Below, in pieces: positions 30,302-40,783 of a stretch of DNA of 64,000 nt (positions are counted from its first letter, which is position 1; each line of letters starts with the position of its first letter). The position numbers were made by a program, and so were the translations under genes. Under the pieces are notes generated by a model, which was not told where the DNA came from, searched no databases, and saw only the letters and a list, made by a program, of their open reading frames with translations. The stretch spans positions 46,384 through 110,383 of the forward strand of contig JBHLJY010000008.1 of the NCBI GenBank assembly GCA_048887225.1. Direction: 5' to 3'. The stretch comes from Candidatus Hodarchaeota archaeon. GTDB lineage: Archaea > Asgardarchaeota > Lokiarchaeia > Sigyniarchaeales > SOKP01.

Positions 30302-30903
30302 TTCAATTAACTCTTCTTTTTTTTACCTTATAATTTAAATAATCTTTAAACTAAAATATATTTATTCGTTAATTTTAAAGATTTCTCCAAGTTTTTTACA
30401 ATTTTTTCAAGTTCAAGAAGTAAATTATTGTAGGTTTTTAAAAAAAATTTACCCTATTTGTTTAATTTTATCTCCATCTGGTAAATGTAGCAAATTGTAA
30501 TAAGCTTGGAATTAATGTTGTTCTACAAATTCAACAATTTTATTGGTGTATTTTCCGATTGCATTTTCATTAAAAAATCTCTGCTTTCGAGATTCCGGTT
30601 ATTATCTAGCGCTTTAAAAACGTTTTATCACAATATATTTTTCTTTTTACATAATTCGATTGAAGATGCTGATTCTTTAACTAAAATATTGTTAGATAAC
30701 ATAACTTAATTTATATTTAATTAGAAAGAGAAATTGTTAAATATGTGAATTTTGATAAAAGAATTATAATGATCTTTACTATGATAATATCTAATTAATC
30801 ATGCAATTTTAATAATAAAGTTTAAAAAAGAGAGAACAAAATTGGTTTCGTTGCTTTTAGAGTAAGGATCAAAATAGTAAGAAGAATTTAAATAAAATTT
30901 ATT

Positions 30904-33573
30904 GTGAAATTTGAAATGAAAAAAAACACCATAATAAGAATATTTTTAGCATTTCTACTACTCTTTTCAGTTATTTTCTTCATATCACCACTTATTCTAA
31001 AAAATTCTGATCAAAATTTTACTATTCAGGATGACTCATATATAGCAGATGATTCGTACAAAACCAACTTAAAGACCTCGAGTTCGAGTTGGATCAATGC
31101 CACAGTTGTTTCTGACGGTTTCGCTGGGAGTTATTGGAATAACGAAACTAGCACTTTTCCCGATATTGCCATGGACAGCAAGGATATCGTTCATATGGTC
31201 TGGCAGGATGACACGGATGGAGTATGGGGTAGTGACATCGAAATAATGTACGCAAATTACTCGGCTGCAACAGGTCAATTGTCCAACGCCACGGTAATTT
31301 CTGATGGTTTCGCTGGAAGTTATTGGAACAATGATACTAGTAAAGTACCCAAAATTGCTGTGGATAGTTCGGACAACCTTCATGTGATCTGGGAAGATGA
31401 TACGGATGGAGTGTGGGGTAATGACTGGGAAATAATGTATGCAAATTACACAGCTGCAACAGGTCAATGGTCCAACGCCACGGTAATTTCCGATGGTTTC
31501 GAGGGGAGTTATTGGAATAACGATAGTAGCGCTTCTGTTCCTTTTGGAGTTGGCGCCGATATTGCCGTGGATAGCAAGGATATCGTTCATGTGGTCTGGA
31601 ATGATGACACGGATGGAGTATGGGGTAATGACTGGGAAATAATGTACGTAAATTACTCGGCATCTCAAGGGTGGTCAAACGCCACGGTGATCTCCGATGG
31701 TTTCGAGGGGAGTTATTGGAACACTGGTTTGAGTGGGAATCCTAGTATTGCTGTGGATGGTTCGGACAACCTTCATGTGGTCTGGGATGATACCACGGAT
31801 GGAGTATGGAGGGCGGATGATAAAGACGCCGATATATGGTACGTAAATTACACAGCTGCAACAGGTCAATGGTCCAACGCCACGTTAATTTCCGATGGTT
31901 TCGGTGGGAGTTATTGGAACACTGGTAATAGCATTTGGGCTGAGATTGTCGTAGACAGCATGGACAATATTTATGTAGTCTGGGCTGATGGGACGGATGG
32001 TCCATGGAGGTCTGTACTTTTTGACTCCGAAATATGGTGCGTGAATTATTCGGCTGCAACAGGTCAATGGTCCAATGCTACGTTAATTTCCGATGGTCAC
32101 GCTGGGATTTATTGGAACACTTTTATAAGCTGGTACTCTGAGATTGCCGTAGACAGCATGGACAACATTTATGTAGTTTGGGCTGATGCATCACCAGAAG
32201 TATGGGGTAATGATGGTGATATATTGTGCGTGAATTATTCGGCTGCAACAGGTCAATGGTCTAACGTCACGGTAATTTCCGATGGTTTCGCTGGGAGTTA
32301 TTGGAACGATGGTACAAGCTGGTACCCCGCGATTACAATAGATAGCAGGGATAATATTCACGTGATCTGGGAGGATGGTACGGATGGTGTATGGGGTACT
32401 GATATAGAAATAATGTATGTGATGGCGGATTTAACAGCTCCGAATGTTACAATTGGAACGCCATTGAGCGGTAGTTCATTTACGAATACCATGGACATCG
32501 ACATCAATGCCACTATTACCGACCTTGAAACTTCCGTTTTAAGTGCTAAAGCCCTAATTAACGCTTCTACACCCTTGGAAATACCAATGGAATTTATTGC
32601 AAATAATTGGACATGCACATGGGATAATGTCAGCCTTTATGAAGCTGGTGATTACAATATTACCATCTGGGCAATAGATGAACAAGGAAATGTTAACCAA
32701 TCTGTATTTGTAATTATAACGATAACGGATATAATAGCTCCAAGCGTAACAATTGGAACGCCGTTGGACGGAAGTTCGTTTGAACCACCAACAGATACGA
32801 GTGTAGAAATAAATGCCACGATAACAGATTTAGGAAGCTCAGTTTCAAGTGCAAAGGCAATGATAAACGGTTCGGCAACTTCCAATCCTTTCAATTTAAC
32901 TATGGAATTTATTGCAAGCAATTGGACCTGCGGCTGGAACAATATTAGCCTTTCAGATTACGCTCATGGGGATTATAAAATCACAATTTGGGCTACTGAT
33001 GATAAAGGAAATGTAAATCAAACTGTATTTGTTGTTATTAAACTAATAAAGGATTTAGATCCACCTTTAATTAATTTCTTAAGCCCTCTAAATGAATCGA
33101 CAGTCACAGGTCCTTTTAACATAACCGTAGAAATTATTGATGCGAGTCAACCAGCCGCTGTCAATGTGATAGCTACAATTTATAACGATACTATAACTCC
33201 CTTCAATTTGACGATGGTTCGAATTGGTGCTACAAACCAATGGACCGTAATGTGGGAAAATCTTACTTCTGCCTATAACTTTGGAGAGTATTATATTAAT
33301 ATTACTGCGATTGATGGTTCTTATTATCAAAACAGGAATTCGACTGGCTATTTGAATATTACTTATATAGCTTCAGATCAACCTCTTGGAGATGATGACG
33401 ATGATGACGATGATGATGACGAAGAATTTAATTTATTAACACCAACAAATTTAATGATATTAGGTATTATTGTAGGAGTAACTCTTGGCATTATACTGAT
33501 AATTAGGAAAAGGAAAGGCTATAAGAGTTCTGATAAGAAAATAAGAGAAATTCAAGAATTAATTGAAAAATAA
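30904..33573 (+). CDS. Cell-surface protein: 7 beta-propeller-like repeats, 3 Ig-like domains, poly-Asp linker, TM anchor
   Basis: Signal peptide; 7 repeats of about 63-68 aa; three D..(A/P)P-started beta-sandwich units; C-terminal TM. Confidence 0.85.
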   Translation: MKFEMKKNTIIRIFLAFLLLFSVIFFISPLILKNSDQNFTIQDDSYIADDSYKTNLKTSSSSWINATVVSDGFAGSYWNNETSTFPDIAMDSKDIVHMVWQDDTDGVWGSDIEIMYANYSAATGQLSNATVISDGFAGSYWNNDTSKVPKIAVDSSDNLHVIWEDDTDGVWGNDWEIMYANYTAATGQWSNATVISDGFEGSYWNNDSSASVPFGVGADIAVDSKDIVHVVWNDDTDGVWGNDWEIMYVNYSASQGWSNATVISDGFEGSYWNTGLSGNPSIAVDGSDNLHVVWDDTTDGVWRADDKDADIWYVNYTAATGQWSNATLISDGFGGSYWNTGNSIWAEIVVDSMDNIYVVWADGTDGPWRSVLFDSEIWCVNYSAATGQWSNATLISDGHAGIYWNTFISWYSEIAVDSMDNIYVVWADASPEVWGNDGDILCVNYSAATGQWSNVTVISDGFAGSYWNDGTSWYPAITIDSRDNIHVIWEDGTDGVWGTDIEIMYVMADLTAPNVTIGTPLSGSSFTNTMDIDINATITDLETSVLSAKALINASTPLEIPMEFIANNWTCTWDNVSLYEAGDYNITIWAIDEQGNVNQSVFVIITITDIIAPSVTIGTPLDGSSFEPPTDTSVEINATITDLGSSVSSAKAMINGSATSNPFNLTMEFIASNWTCGWNNISLSDYAHGDYKITIWATDDKGNVNQTVFVVIKLIKDLDPPLINFLSPLNESTVTGPFNITVEIIDASQPAAVNVIATIYNDTITPFNLTMVRIGATNQWTVMWENLTSAYNFGEYYINITAIDGSYYQNRNSTGYLNITYIASDQPLGDDDDDDDDDDEEFNLLTPTNLMILGIIVGVTLGIILIIRKRKGYKSSDKKIREIQELIEK
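31090..32420 (+). repeat. Seven intragenic tandem repeats of about 190-200 bp
   Basis: Recurrent GCTGCAACAGGTCAATGGTCCAACGCCACG..TTCCGATGGTTTCG..AGTTATTGGAAC. Confidence 0.9.
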
Positions 33574-33799
33574 TAATTATATTTCATTTTTTTTTAATTT
33601 TAATACCTTAACTGTTATTTTATCAAATAAAATTGATTAAATATATATCTCTATTTATTTTTTTATTTTTTTAATATTTAAATCTTTAATTTGTTATATA
33701 TTATCATAAGAAAAAAGCCTAGACACTAAAGGTTATTAAAAAAAAAAAATTTAAAATTGTGTGATATTTTCAATCTAATTAAAGACCATATTTTAAAAA

Positions 33800-34180
33800 A
33801 TGTATGAAATAATAATAGAAAATGAGACGATAGGTCAAATAAAAGCGAAACTGCTTCTTGAGAAAAATCCTCAAACATGTCAAGCAATATGGGAAAGTCT
33901 CCCAATAGAATTAAATTTAGCTCGATGGGGTGAAGAGTTATACGGAGCAATTCCTGTTAAAATTGACGCAGAAAATTCGCAAACAGAATGTGAAATTGGA
34001 GATATAGGTTATTGGCCAGATGGAAATGGTTTTTGTATATTTTTTGGAAAAACTCCAGCAAGTAAAGGCGATAAACCCGTAGCCGCAACTCCTGTTAATA
34101 TATTTGCTAGAATTGAAGGTGATCCAAGTGTTTTTAAGCAATTTTCTTCCTTCAAAGGATATGTGAAAAAAGGGGATTAG
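33800..34180 (+). CDS. Cyclophilin-like fold protein (DUF369)
   Basis: RWGEELY, GDIGYWP.G..FCIFFGKTP. Confidence 0.85.
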   Translation: MYEIIIENETIGQIKAKLLLEKNPQTCQAIWESLPIELNLARWGEELYGAIPVKIDAENSQTECEIGDIGYWPDGNGFCIFFGKTPASKGDKPVAATPVNIFARIEGDPSVFKQFSSFKGYVKKGD

Positions 34181-34199
34181 AAAAACTTTTTTCTAATGT

Positions 34200-34595
34200 T
34201 TAAAGGTTGAACCAAGCATAAATAATAAAGATTGGCCCGAATATCAACATTAACAGAATTATAATAATGCCGATATATGTACCCAGTTCTTTTTTTTTAA
34301 ATACTCCATTTTGGATATCAAAAGCTAAATCAATTAACCCTAAAAACATCATACCACTTCCCGCTAGAGCTGAAAAGAAATAACCGAATTTTTGTTCCAT
34401 GAGGATGCCAATCGCAGATATAAACAAACATGGCATAATCCATCCTAAATCTGGTAAAGGAAATGATTTCTCGTGCTTAAAAGCTAGTTCATCCATTTTA
34501 GGATTTTTATATTCTGTAAAATAAAACACGATCCAAAAACCAATAAAACCGAATCCTAATAAGATTTGAAAAATTGCTATGATTAAATCTATCAT
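34200..34595 (-). CDS. Membrane protein (4 TM)
   Basis: Hydrophobic helices; HEKSFPLPD motif. Confidence 0.7.
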   Translation of the reverse strand: MIDLIIAIFQILLGFGFIGFWIVFYFTEYKNPKMDELAFKHEKSFPLPDLGWIMPCLFISAIGILMEQKFGYFFSALAGSGMMFLGLIDLAFDIQNGVFKKKELGTYIGIIIILLMLIFGPIFIIYAWFNL

Positions 34596-34681
34596 TTTTT
34601 CCGACTCATATATAGATTAAAATTTTTTTTTAATTAATGTAGGATTTAAACTAATATATAAATATAAAAAAAAAATAATAA

Positions 34682-35989
34682 CTATTCCAATTCTATTTGA
34701 AGATAATCGGCTTCAAGATGCAACATCTCTTCTAGAATTATTTCTGCTTGAGATGCGCTGTCGACTACTGGATCTGCGAGGAGCGCCTGCAAAGCGACAT
34801 CTTTAGACTTTGTAAGAATTGCTTCTACAACTAGATCTTGAACAGAGGCTTGAGTTCTTAAGAGAGCAGCAAGACCTTTTGGATAATCACCTAGTTTTTC
34901 AGCATGGAGCCCATCTTTATTTATTATCGCTGGGCACTCTACAACGAGATCTCGGGGAAGATTTGTAAATACATCATCATTCGGGAGATTAACAGATGGT
35001 TCCTCGTAATTTGCATCAGTTAATATTCCCTCCATTATTGGTATTGCACGTTCATCATCAGGTTTTACTAGTCGAGCACCTTTCCCTTTTTCAATGAATT
35101 TTTTAATTTTTTCAAACACAGCTGCACAATATTCAGCATATTGCTCCCAGAATCGACGTCCACCTTGTATATCTGCCACATTCCAAGCCCAATGAATATA
35201 TTCCCCAAAATGATTATCCGTAGTATATGGTAAATATCCATACTTTTTTAAAATATATTTAATTAGACTAACATCAAGTTTTTCTTTTAAAGATTCAAAA
35301 AATTTAGGTACTTTCCTACGCACATCTGGATATGCATCCTTTCCCGTGTCTTTATATTTAATCGTTAATGCGACTCCAAAATGATTTAATCCTCCTGCTT
35401 TAATCTCAAGGTTAGACAAGGGAGTTCCAAGGCTTCTAGTAATCATGAAATTATTATGGTGATACTCATGACAAAGTCCCACAAATTTAAGGGAAGGGAA
35501 TTTTCGCTTTATTGCAAGGCAGATTCGACTCATGGGGTTCGAAAAATTGATAAATAAAGCCTTCGGACAGATTTTTTGAATATCTAAGCAGATATCAAGA
35601 ATAGGAGGAACAACTCTAAGTGAATGAAAAAAACCTCCAGGTCCACCGTTTTCACCAGTGATTTGCTTATTTCCAAATTTTTGGGGAATTGTTAAATCCA
35701 TATTTAAGAGTTCAAATCTTGGAGGAATTTCTATCGAATTAATAATGAATGTAGCGTTCTTTAAAGCTTCTTGTCGATTTATCGTAGATTCTAAAATAAA
35801 ATCTAATTTTTTTTCTTCTATTGCTGATTGACAGGCTTGATAAGCTAAATTTAATGTTTCAGCGTTTATATCGTGAAGGCAGATTGTAGAACCTTCTAGA
35901 ATTTTACTTACCATAATACTACCTACGGAACCCAGCCCAAACTGTAGGGATCCCGCACCAATTAGCACAATTTTTTCTTTATTTGACAA
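34682..35989 (-). CDS. Glycoside hydrolase family 4 (NAD-dependent alpha-galactosidase/glucosidase)
   Basis: IGAGS, GENGGPGG, NFSNP, GLCH, GLNH. Confidence 0.9.
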   Translation of the reverse strand: MSNKEKIVLIGAGSLQFGLGSVGSIMVSKILEGSTICLHDINAETLNLAYQACQSAIEEKKLDFILESTINRQEALKNATFIINSIEIPPRFELLNMDLTIPQKFGNKQITGENGGPGGFFHSLRVVPPILDICLDIQKICPKALFINFSNPMSRICLAIKRKFPSLKFVGLCHEYHHNNFMITRSLGTPLSNLEIKAGGLNHFGVALTIKYKDTGKDAYPDVRRKVPKFFESLKEKLDVSLIKYILKKYGYLPYTTDNHFGEYIHWAWNVADIQGGRRFWEQYAEYCAAVFEKIKKFIEKGKGARLVKPDDERAIPIMEGILTDANYEEPSVNLPNDDVFTNLPRDLVVECPAIINKDGLHAEKLGDYPKGLAALLRTQASVQDLVVEAILTKSKDVALQALLADPVVDSASQAEIILEEMLHLEADYLQIELE

Positions 35990-36093
35990 ACTAATTAAAC
36001 ACCATCCTTAACGGTATATATAGCTTTTTATTTCTAATAAAAAAATTAAGTTTATTACACTTCAGATTTAAATTATAAAAAAAAGAAAAAAAA

Positions 36094-36915
36094 TTAATAT
36101 TGGACTTCTTTTAATTTATATGGTGGTACACCAACTTCTCCAATTCCTCCATCAATAGGAAAGCAATGCCCAGTAATATAGTTAGATGCCGGGGATGCCA
36201 AAAATAAAACGAGGTTCACAACATCTTCAACAGTTCCAAGTCTAACTAAAGGAATTTGAACTTTTCCATCTCTCATTGTCGTTCTCATAGCCTCTTCATC
36301 GTTTAAATAAATACCTGTTACGTGAAAACCTGGAGCAATTGAATTTGCAGTTATTTTTGGCGCTAAAGACTTTGCTAATAATTGAGTAAGAGCAATCACC
36401 CCTACTTTAGTTATACTGTATGCGGGAATTGCAGGATCTACAATCATACCTGCCATGGAGGAAGTATTTATCATTTTTCCTGATAATTCCTCATTTTCAA
36501 ATTTTTGAGCTTTCATTTTTCGCCATAAGGATTTAGCGACTAACCACTGTCCTTTAAGGTTTACAGCCATTATTCGATCCCAATTTTCTTCCTTTACTCT
36601 ACATATAGTTCTTCCATAAGCAACCCCTATGCCAGCATTGTTAAATAATATATACACATTGTGCAAATCTTTATATGCTTGCTTTGCCATTGCTTCTACT
36701 TGGTCGGATTTCGAAACATCACATACAATAGGAATTACTTTTTGTCCAGATGCTTGAGCTACCTTTTTAGCCGTTTCTTCTAAGAGTTCTTCATTAATAT
36801 CTACTAAAACTAAGTCTGCCCCTCTCTCTGCAAAGGCATATGCTACACCTCTTCCAAATCCAGAGGCCCCACCAGTAATGACAGCTCCCTTTCCTTCTAA
36901 AAATTTCTCTACCAT
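36094..36915 (-). CDS. SDR family oxidoreductase (paralog 1)
   Basis: TGGASGFG, NNAG, YSITK; start at 36915 by alignment with paralog 2. Confidence 0.9.
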   Translation of the reverse strand: MVEKFLEGKGAVITGGASGFGRGVAYAFAERGADLVLVDINEELLEETAKKVAQASGQKVIPIVCDVSKSDQVEAMAKQAYKDLHNVYILFNNAGIGVAYGRTICRVKEENWDRIMAVNLKGQWLVAKSLWRKMKAQKFENEELSGKMINTSSMAGMIVDPAIPAYSITKVGVIALTQLLAKSLAPKITANSIAPGFHVTGIYLNDEEAMRTTMRDGKVQIPLVRLGTVEDVVNLVLFLASPASNYITGHCFPIDGGIGEVGVPPYKLKEVQY

Positions 36916-37202
36916 TCTTTTAATAGCACCCTTATTTTTTTTTGAATGTATTAAATTATATTTCACCTTTATATGCTTTAAAGGTTTTAATTTCTATCTC
37001 AAAATATTATGATTAACTAGAACTCAGATTAAAAAGAAAAAGGAATAACGAATTAAATCTCAATTTCAAGTTTTTATTCAAAAATTTGGAGTAGTTAAGA
37101 AATTTTGATATATCTTTATCTTTTGATTAAAAATTTTAATTTTTTCATAAGAAAATAATTATCTACTTCATATAAAAGAAAAAATATTAGATTTAAGTTG
37201 TT

Positions 37203-38015
37203 TTATATTTCTACATCCAAATCATAAGGCGGAACGCCGACATCTGCAATACCACCGTCAATTGTGAAGCAATGACCTGTAATAAAATCACTTTTACTTG
37301 AAGCTAAAAATAGTAATAAATTTACAACATCCTCAACTGTTCCAATTCTATTCAAAGGGGTTTTTACATGTCCATCTTCCATGCTCTGTAGCATGATATC
37401 TTCTCTATTACCATATATTCCAGTAACGTGGTATCCAGGTGTTATTGCGTTTGAAGATATATGGGGGGCTAGAGTTTTTGCTAAAAGCTTATTAAGAGCT
37501 ATTACACCAGCTTTACTTATACTATAGGCCGGAACAAAAGGACTTAAACTTATTCCATAAACAGAACTAGTATGAATGACTTTACCTCTTAAAGGTTTAA
37601 AATCTTGTCTGTTCATTTGTCGACATAAAAATTTATCCACTAACCATTGACCTTTAAGATTAACATTTATAGTCCTATCCCATGCCTTTTCACCAATACG
37701 AATTACATCAAGTCCATATGCCAATGCTGTCCCAGCATTATTAAATAAAATATATACGTTATCAAGCTCATTAAAAGCCCGATCTGCCATTTTCTTAACA
37801 GCTTTAGAATCTACGACATCACATACAATTGGTATCACTTTTTGACCAGTTTTTTCTACTACTTTTTTAGCTGTTTCTTCCAATAACTCCTCATTTAAAT
37901 CTACTAAAACCAAATCTGCCCCTCTTTCTGCAAATGCATATGCTACACCTCTTCCAAATCCAGAGGCTCCACCAGTAATGACAGCTCCTTTTCCTTCTAG
38001 AAATTTATCTACCAT
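37203..38015 (-). CDS. SDR family oxidoreductase (paralog 2)
   Basis: TGGASGFG, NNAG, YSISK. Confidence 0.9.
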   Translation of the reverse strand: MVDKFLEGKGAVITGGASGFGRGVAYAFAERGADLVLVDLNEELLEETAKKVVEKTGQKVIPIVCDVVDSKAVKKMADRAFNELDNVYILFNNAGTALAYGLDVIRIGEKAWDRTINVNLKGQWLVDKFLCRQMNRQDFKPLRGKVIHTSSVYGISLSPFVPAYSISKAGVIALNKLLAKTLAPHISSNAITPGYHVTGIYGNREDIMLQSMEDGHVKTPLNRIGTVEDVVNLLLFLASSKSDFITGHCFTIDGGIADVGVPPYDLDVEI

Positions 38016-38147
38016 TTTTTAACACCTTTTTTTTAAAGATTCTTAAATTATATTTTATTTTTATTTTATTAAAAAGTTAAATAATTAAAGTTTTCCAAAC
38101 AGACCTTTATTTTTTATAAGGAAGATCATTTGTTTGAAAAATAACTT

Positions 38148-38906
38148 CTAATCATTGTTTATATGTAGTTTTTTCCACCAAATAATAACGCTAATTGTTC
38201 CGCAAATTATAATTATTCCGAAAATTAATATTACATCGTAGCCCGGTATTGCTTCCTTTTGTAAGACAATTTCCAAAAATTCATCTCCATTTTGATCATA
38301 ATATTCAAGTTTTTCCATAACACCGTTAATATCGTATGTTAATTCCACTTCATATGTAGCAGGTATTTCCTCAGTAGCACTAATTTTCGCGATAAGCGAC
38401 TCATCTTCAAGATAGACACGAATAATCTGATGATCAAATTCATCCTTAAAATCTTCGAGATAATTAGTATATGGAATTGGTATTAACCACATTTCTATGA
38501 TTTCTTCAATTAATAAAATATCATCAGCTTGGTCTTCAGGATCCCTATAAATTTTATATTTTTCTTCTTCATCCGCATCATGCTCAAAATCGCTAGAATC
38601 ATCGGTGTAATCCCAGATATAATAGGAGATTTTCCAATATTCTGTAGATTTATCAATATCCATAATTTGATATTTCCTTAAATCATCCTCTTCAAATGCA
38701 ATTTTTTCTCCAACAAAAATAGCCTCGTACGTATCTTGATCAAATTTTTCAATTTTCCATATGAAAATCTCATTTTCATTAACATCAATGCTGTATTCTA
38801 CACCAGAAGCATTGATCGTGAAAATAGCAATAAAAAAAAAATTAAAAAGAATTAAACTCAACGTTAATAAAGCGAAATTCTTTTTTTTCATAGTACTTGA
38901 AAACAA
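38148..38906 (-). CDS. Acidic secreted protein with C-terminal IPGY-TM sorting-type anchor
   Basis: Signal peptide; EAIPGY + TM + KK tail. Confidence 0.7.
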   Translation of the reverse strand: MFSSTMKKKNFALLTLSLILFNFFFIAIFTINASGVEYSIDVNENEIFIWKIEKFDQDTYEAIFVGEKIAFEEDDLRKYQIMDIDKSTEYWKISYYIWDYTDDSSDFEHDADEEEKYKIYRDPEDQADDILLIEEIIEMWLIPIPYTNYLEDFKDEFDHQIIRVYLEDESLIAKISATEEIPATYEVELTYDINGVMEKLEYYDQNGDEFLEIVLQKEAIPGYDVILIFGIIIICGTISVIIWWKKLHINND

Positions 38907-38996
38907 TCTTTAAATAAATTTAATTAATATTAAGAAAAATTAAAACTAAAACTTTTATTATTTGATCTTTCTTAGAAATTATTATAAAAGAATGAG

Positions 38997-40589
38997 ATGT
39001 TCAAAATGGTTGATAAAGTATTACCTTATTTAATGAACTTAGATGAAATAATACCAGCTCGATCCAAAGCAATATTTTTAAACGAAATAGCAATGGCTTT
39101 GATAGAATGCATAAATCTTTACGGGAAAAAAATCAATAAAATGGGTAAAATTTCTAAAATTGCGATGTGTTTTTGGCCCGTTCGATTAATACCATTAAAC
39201 GACACAAGAGCTTTTGTATGTAGCTACTTGTTTAATAAGCAAGAGAAGCTAAGCATAGGAAGTTTTGCTCAAACACCTCCACCTCCCAATAATGTAATAA
39301 AAGGAGCAGATCCAACAACATTTTTAACTTCATTAACAACTTATAACGGAACCTATTTGAAAAGAGCTAAGAACTTCAAAAGGGCACCTGTAATCCAAGA
39401 AGCTTTATTTAATTCTAATGAAGTTGGGTACTTCAAAAACTTTTTTCTTAATCAATATAATCTAAGTTCTTTTGGTGACCCATATTTTTTCTTAGAAGGA
39501 GATCCAATTGCTAAAAGCGTAAATCAAATAAGAATTGCTCAAGATGTATACAGTTATATAGAATTAAAAGATATTCAATTGCTCGATAAATATGCACAAG
39601 ATATTATCAATTTATGTGAAAAATGGATTCAAAAAGGGGATAGCCAAGTAGATAAAATGAAAGTTAAAACAGTCGATACAAGAGACGAAGAGAAAAATCT
39701 TGCAAGGTTAACTAATGAATTAAAGGAAGAAAAAGAAAAAGATTTAGAGAATTCTCCTGAAGAATTAATAAAAAGCGCAAATTATAAGGTTCCAGACAAA
39801 TCAGGGGAGATTAATAAACATCTAAACTCCATTAAAAATATTATTGAAAAATTAAAAAATGCTGTTAGTCAAAAGGATCTAACTCTACTTGACCAGGGAT
39901 TTAATGATTTACAATTAAGATATAAAGATTTGGGAAATGCAATTTCTAGATATGGTAATGAGATCTTACAATTAAGAAAAAATCTTGACCAAGAAGGGAG
40001 AGATATTCAAAGAGCTCAGCAAAAAAAGATTTCAGACTTAGAAAAAAGAGTGGCCGAAGTGGAAAGACAGATTGATGAAAAGCATAAAGGATTAAGTACA
40101 GATATCACCTCGGCAGAAGATATAATAACTCAAATAAAAAATGAAAAACAATCATGCTTGAATAATATTGAAGCGACAAAAGATAAAGATCTCACCAATC
40201 TTAAAAATTTCTTTAATTCATATACATTAGAGATAAAAACTGAGAATATTGTAGTTGGTATTCCAATTTTTATATTCTATTTTATAGATCCCAATACAAA
40301 CAAAACTACAGAACGTGCTCCAATCCTTCCTATTTTAATCGATAAAGGAAAAATCCAGAGAACAAGAATCACAGACAATTTCAGAAAGGAGTTGGGTAAT
40401 TTAATGAATAAATTCCCCCCAATGATCGATTTAGTCGAAAATAAAGGCGAAAAAAATAATTTAATGGAATCCATTAAAAATTTTGATACTCTAGTCGAAG
40501 ATGCTGTAAATGATTTACGTATGCAAAAGATTTTAGCTAAGAAAGAAGCTGATAGAGCTAAAGAGATAATTAGTTCCTTAGTCTGGTAA
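38997..40589 (+). CDS. Hypothetical protein with long central coiled coil
   Basis: Heptad-rich E/K region at about aa 200-410, flanked by globular-looking ends. Confidence 0.7.
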   Translation: MFKMVDKVLPYLMNLDEIIPARSKAIFLNEIAMALIECINLYGKKINKMGKISKIAMCFWPVRLIPLNDTRAFVCSYLFNKQEKLSIGSFAQTPPPPNNVIKGADPTTFLTSLTTYNGTYLKRAKNFKRAPVIQEALFNSNEVGYFKNFFLNQYNLSSFGDPYFFLEGDPIAKSVNQIRIAQDVYSYIELKDIQLLDKYAQDIINLCEKWIQKGDSQVDKMKVKTVDTRDEEKNLARLTNELKEEKEKDLENSPEELIKSANYKVPDKSGEINKHLNSIKNIIEKLKNAVSQKDLTLLDQGFNDLQLRYKDLGNAISRYGNEILQLRKNLDQEGRDIQRAQQKKISDLEKRVAEVERQIDEKHKGLSTDITSAEDIITQIKNEKQSCLNNIEATKDKDLTNLKNFFNSYTLEIKTENIVVGIPIFIFYFIDPNTNKTTERAPILPILIDKGKIQRTRITDNFRKELGNLMNKFPPMIDLVENKGEKNNLMESIKNFDTLVEDAVNDLRMQKILAKKEADRAKEIISSLVW

Positions 40590-40624
40590 GCTCAGTCTTA
40601 AAATCTTTTTATTTTTATTTTTAC

Positions 40625-40783
40625 CTAGATATATGACATCTCTTTTCCACAGCATTTAGGTTTAGTAATATAACCACATTTTTCACAACAGCATAATAAT
40701 TCATCTTTAATAATCATTGATTGATCACAGCACGATGGTATATCTTTTTCAGTTCCACAAATATCGCAAACCAATTTTGGAAT
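40625..40783 (-). CDS. Cys-rich miniprotein (10 Cys, tandem desulforedoxin-like CxxCG..P.CC..M motifs); absent from the ORF track
   Basis: (I)PKLVCDICGTEKDIPSCCDQSMIIKDELLCCCEKCGYITKPKCCGKEMSYI*; GAGGTG RBS at 40792-40797. Confidence 0.75.
   Translation of the reverse strand: MPKLVCDICGTEKDIPSCCDQSMIIKDELLCCCEKCGYITKPKCCGKEMSYI

Noticed and set aside
30506-30709. 67-aa ORF in the intergenic region
   Set aside because: Low-complexity AT-rich sequence with no RBS or recognisable motif.
31090-32420. CRISPR array or DGR template/variable repeats
   Set aside because: The repeats are in-frame coding units of about 190-200 bp; no cas or reverse transcriptase gene, and no adenine-specific variation is evident.
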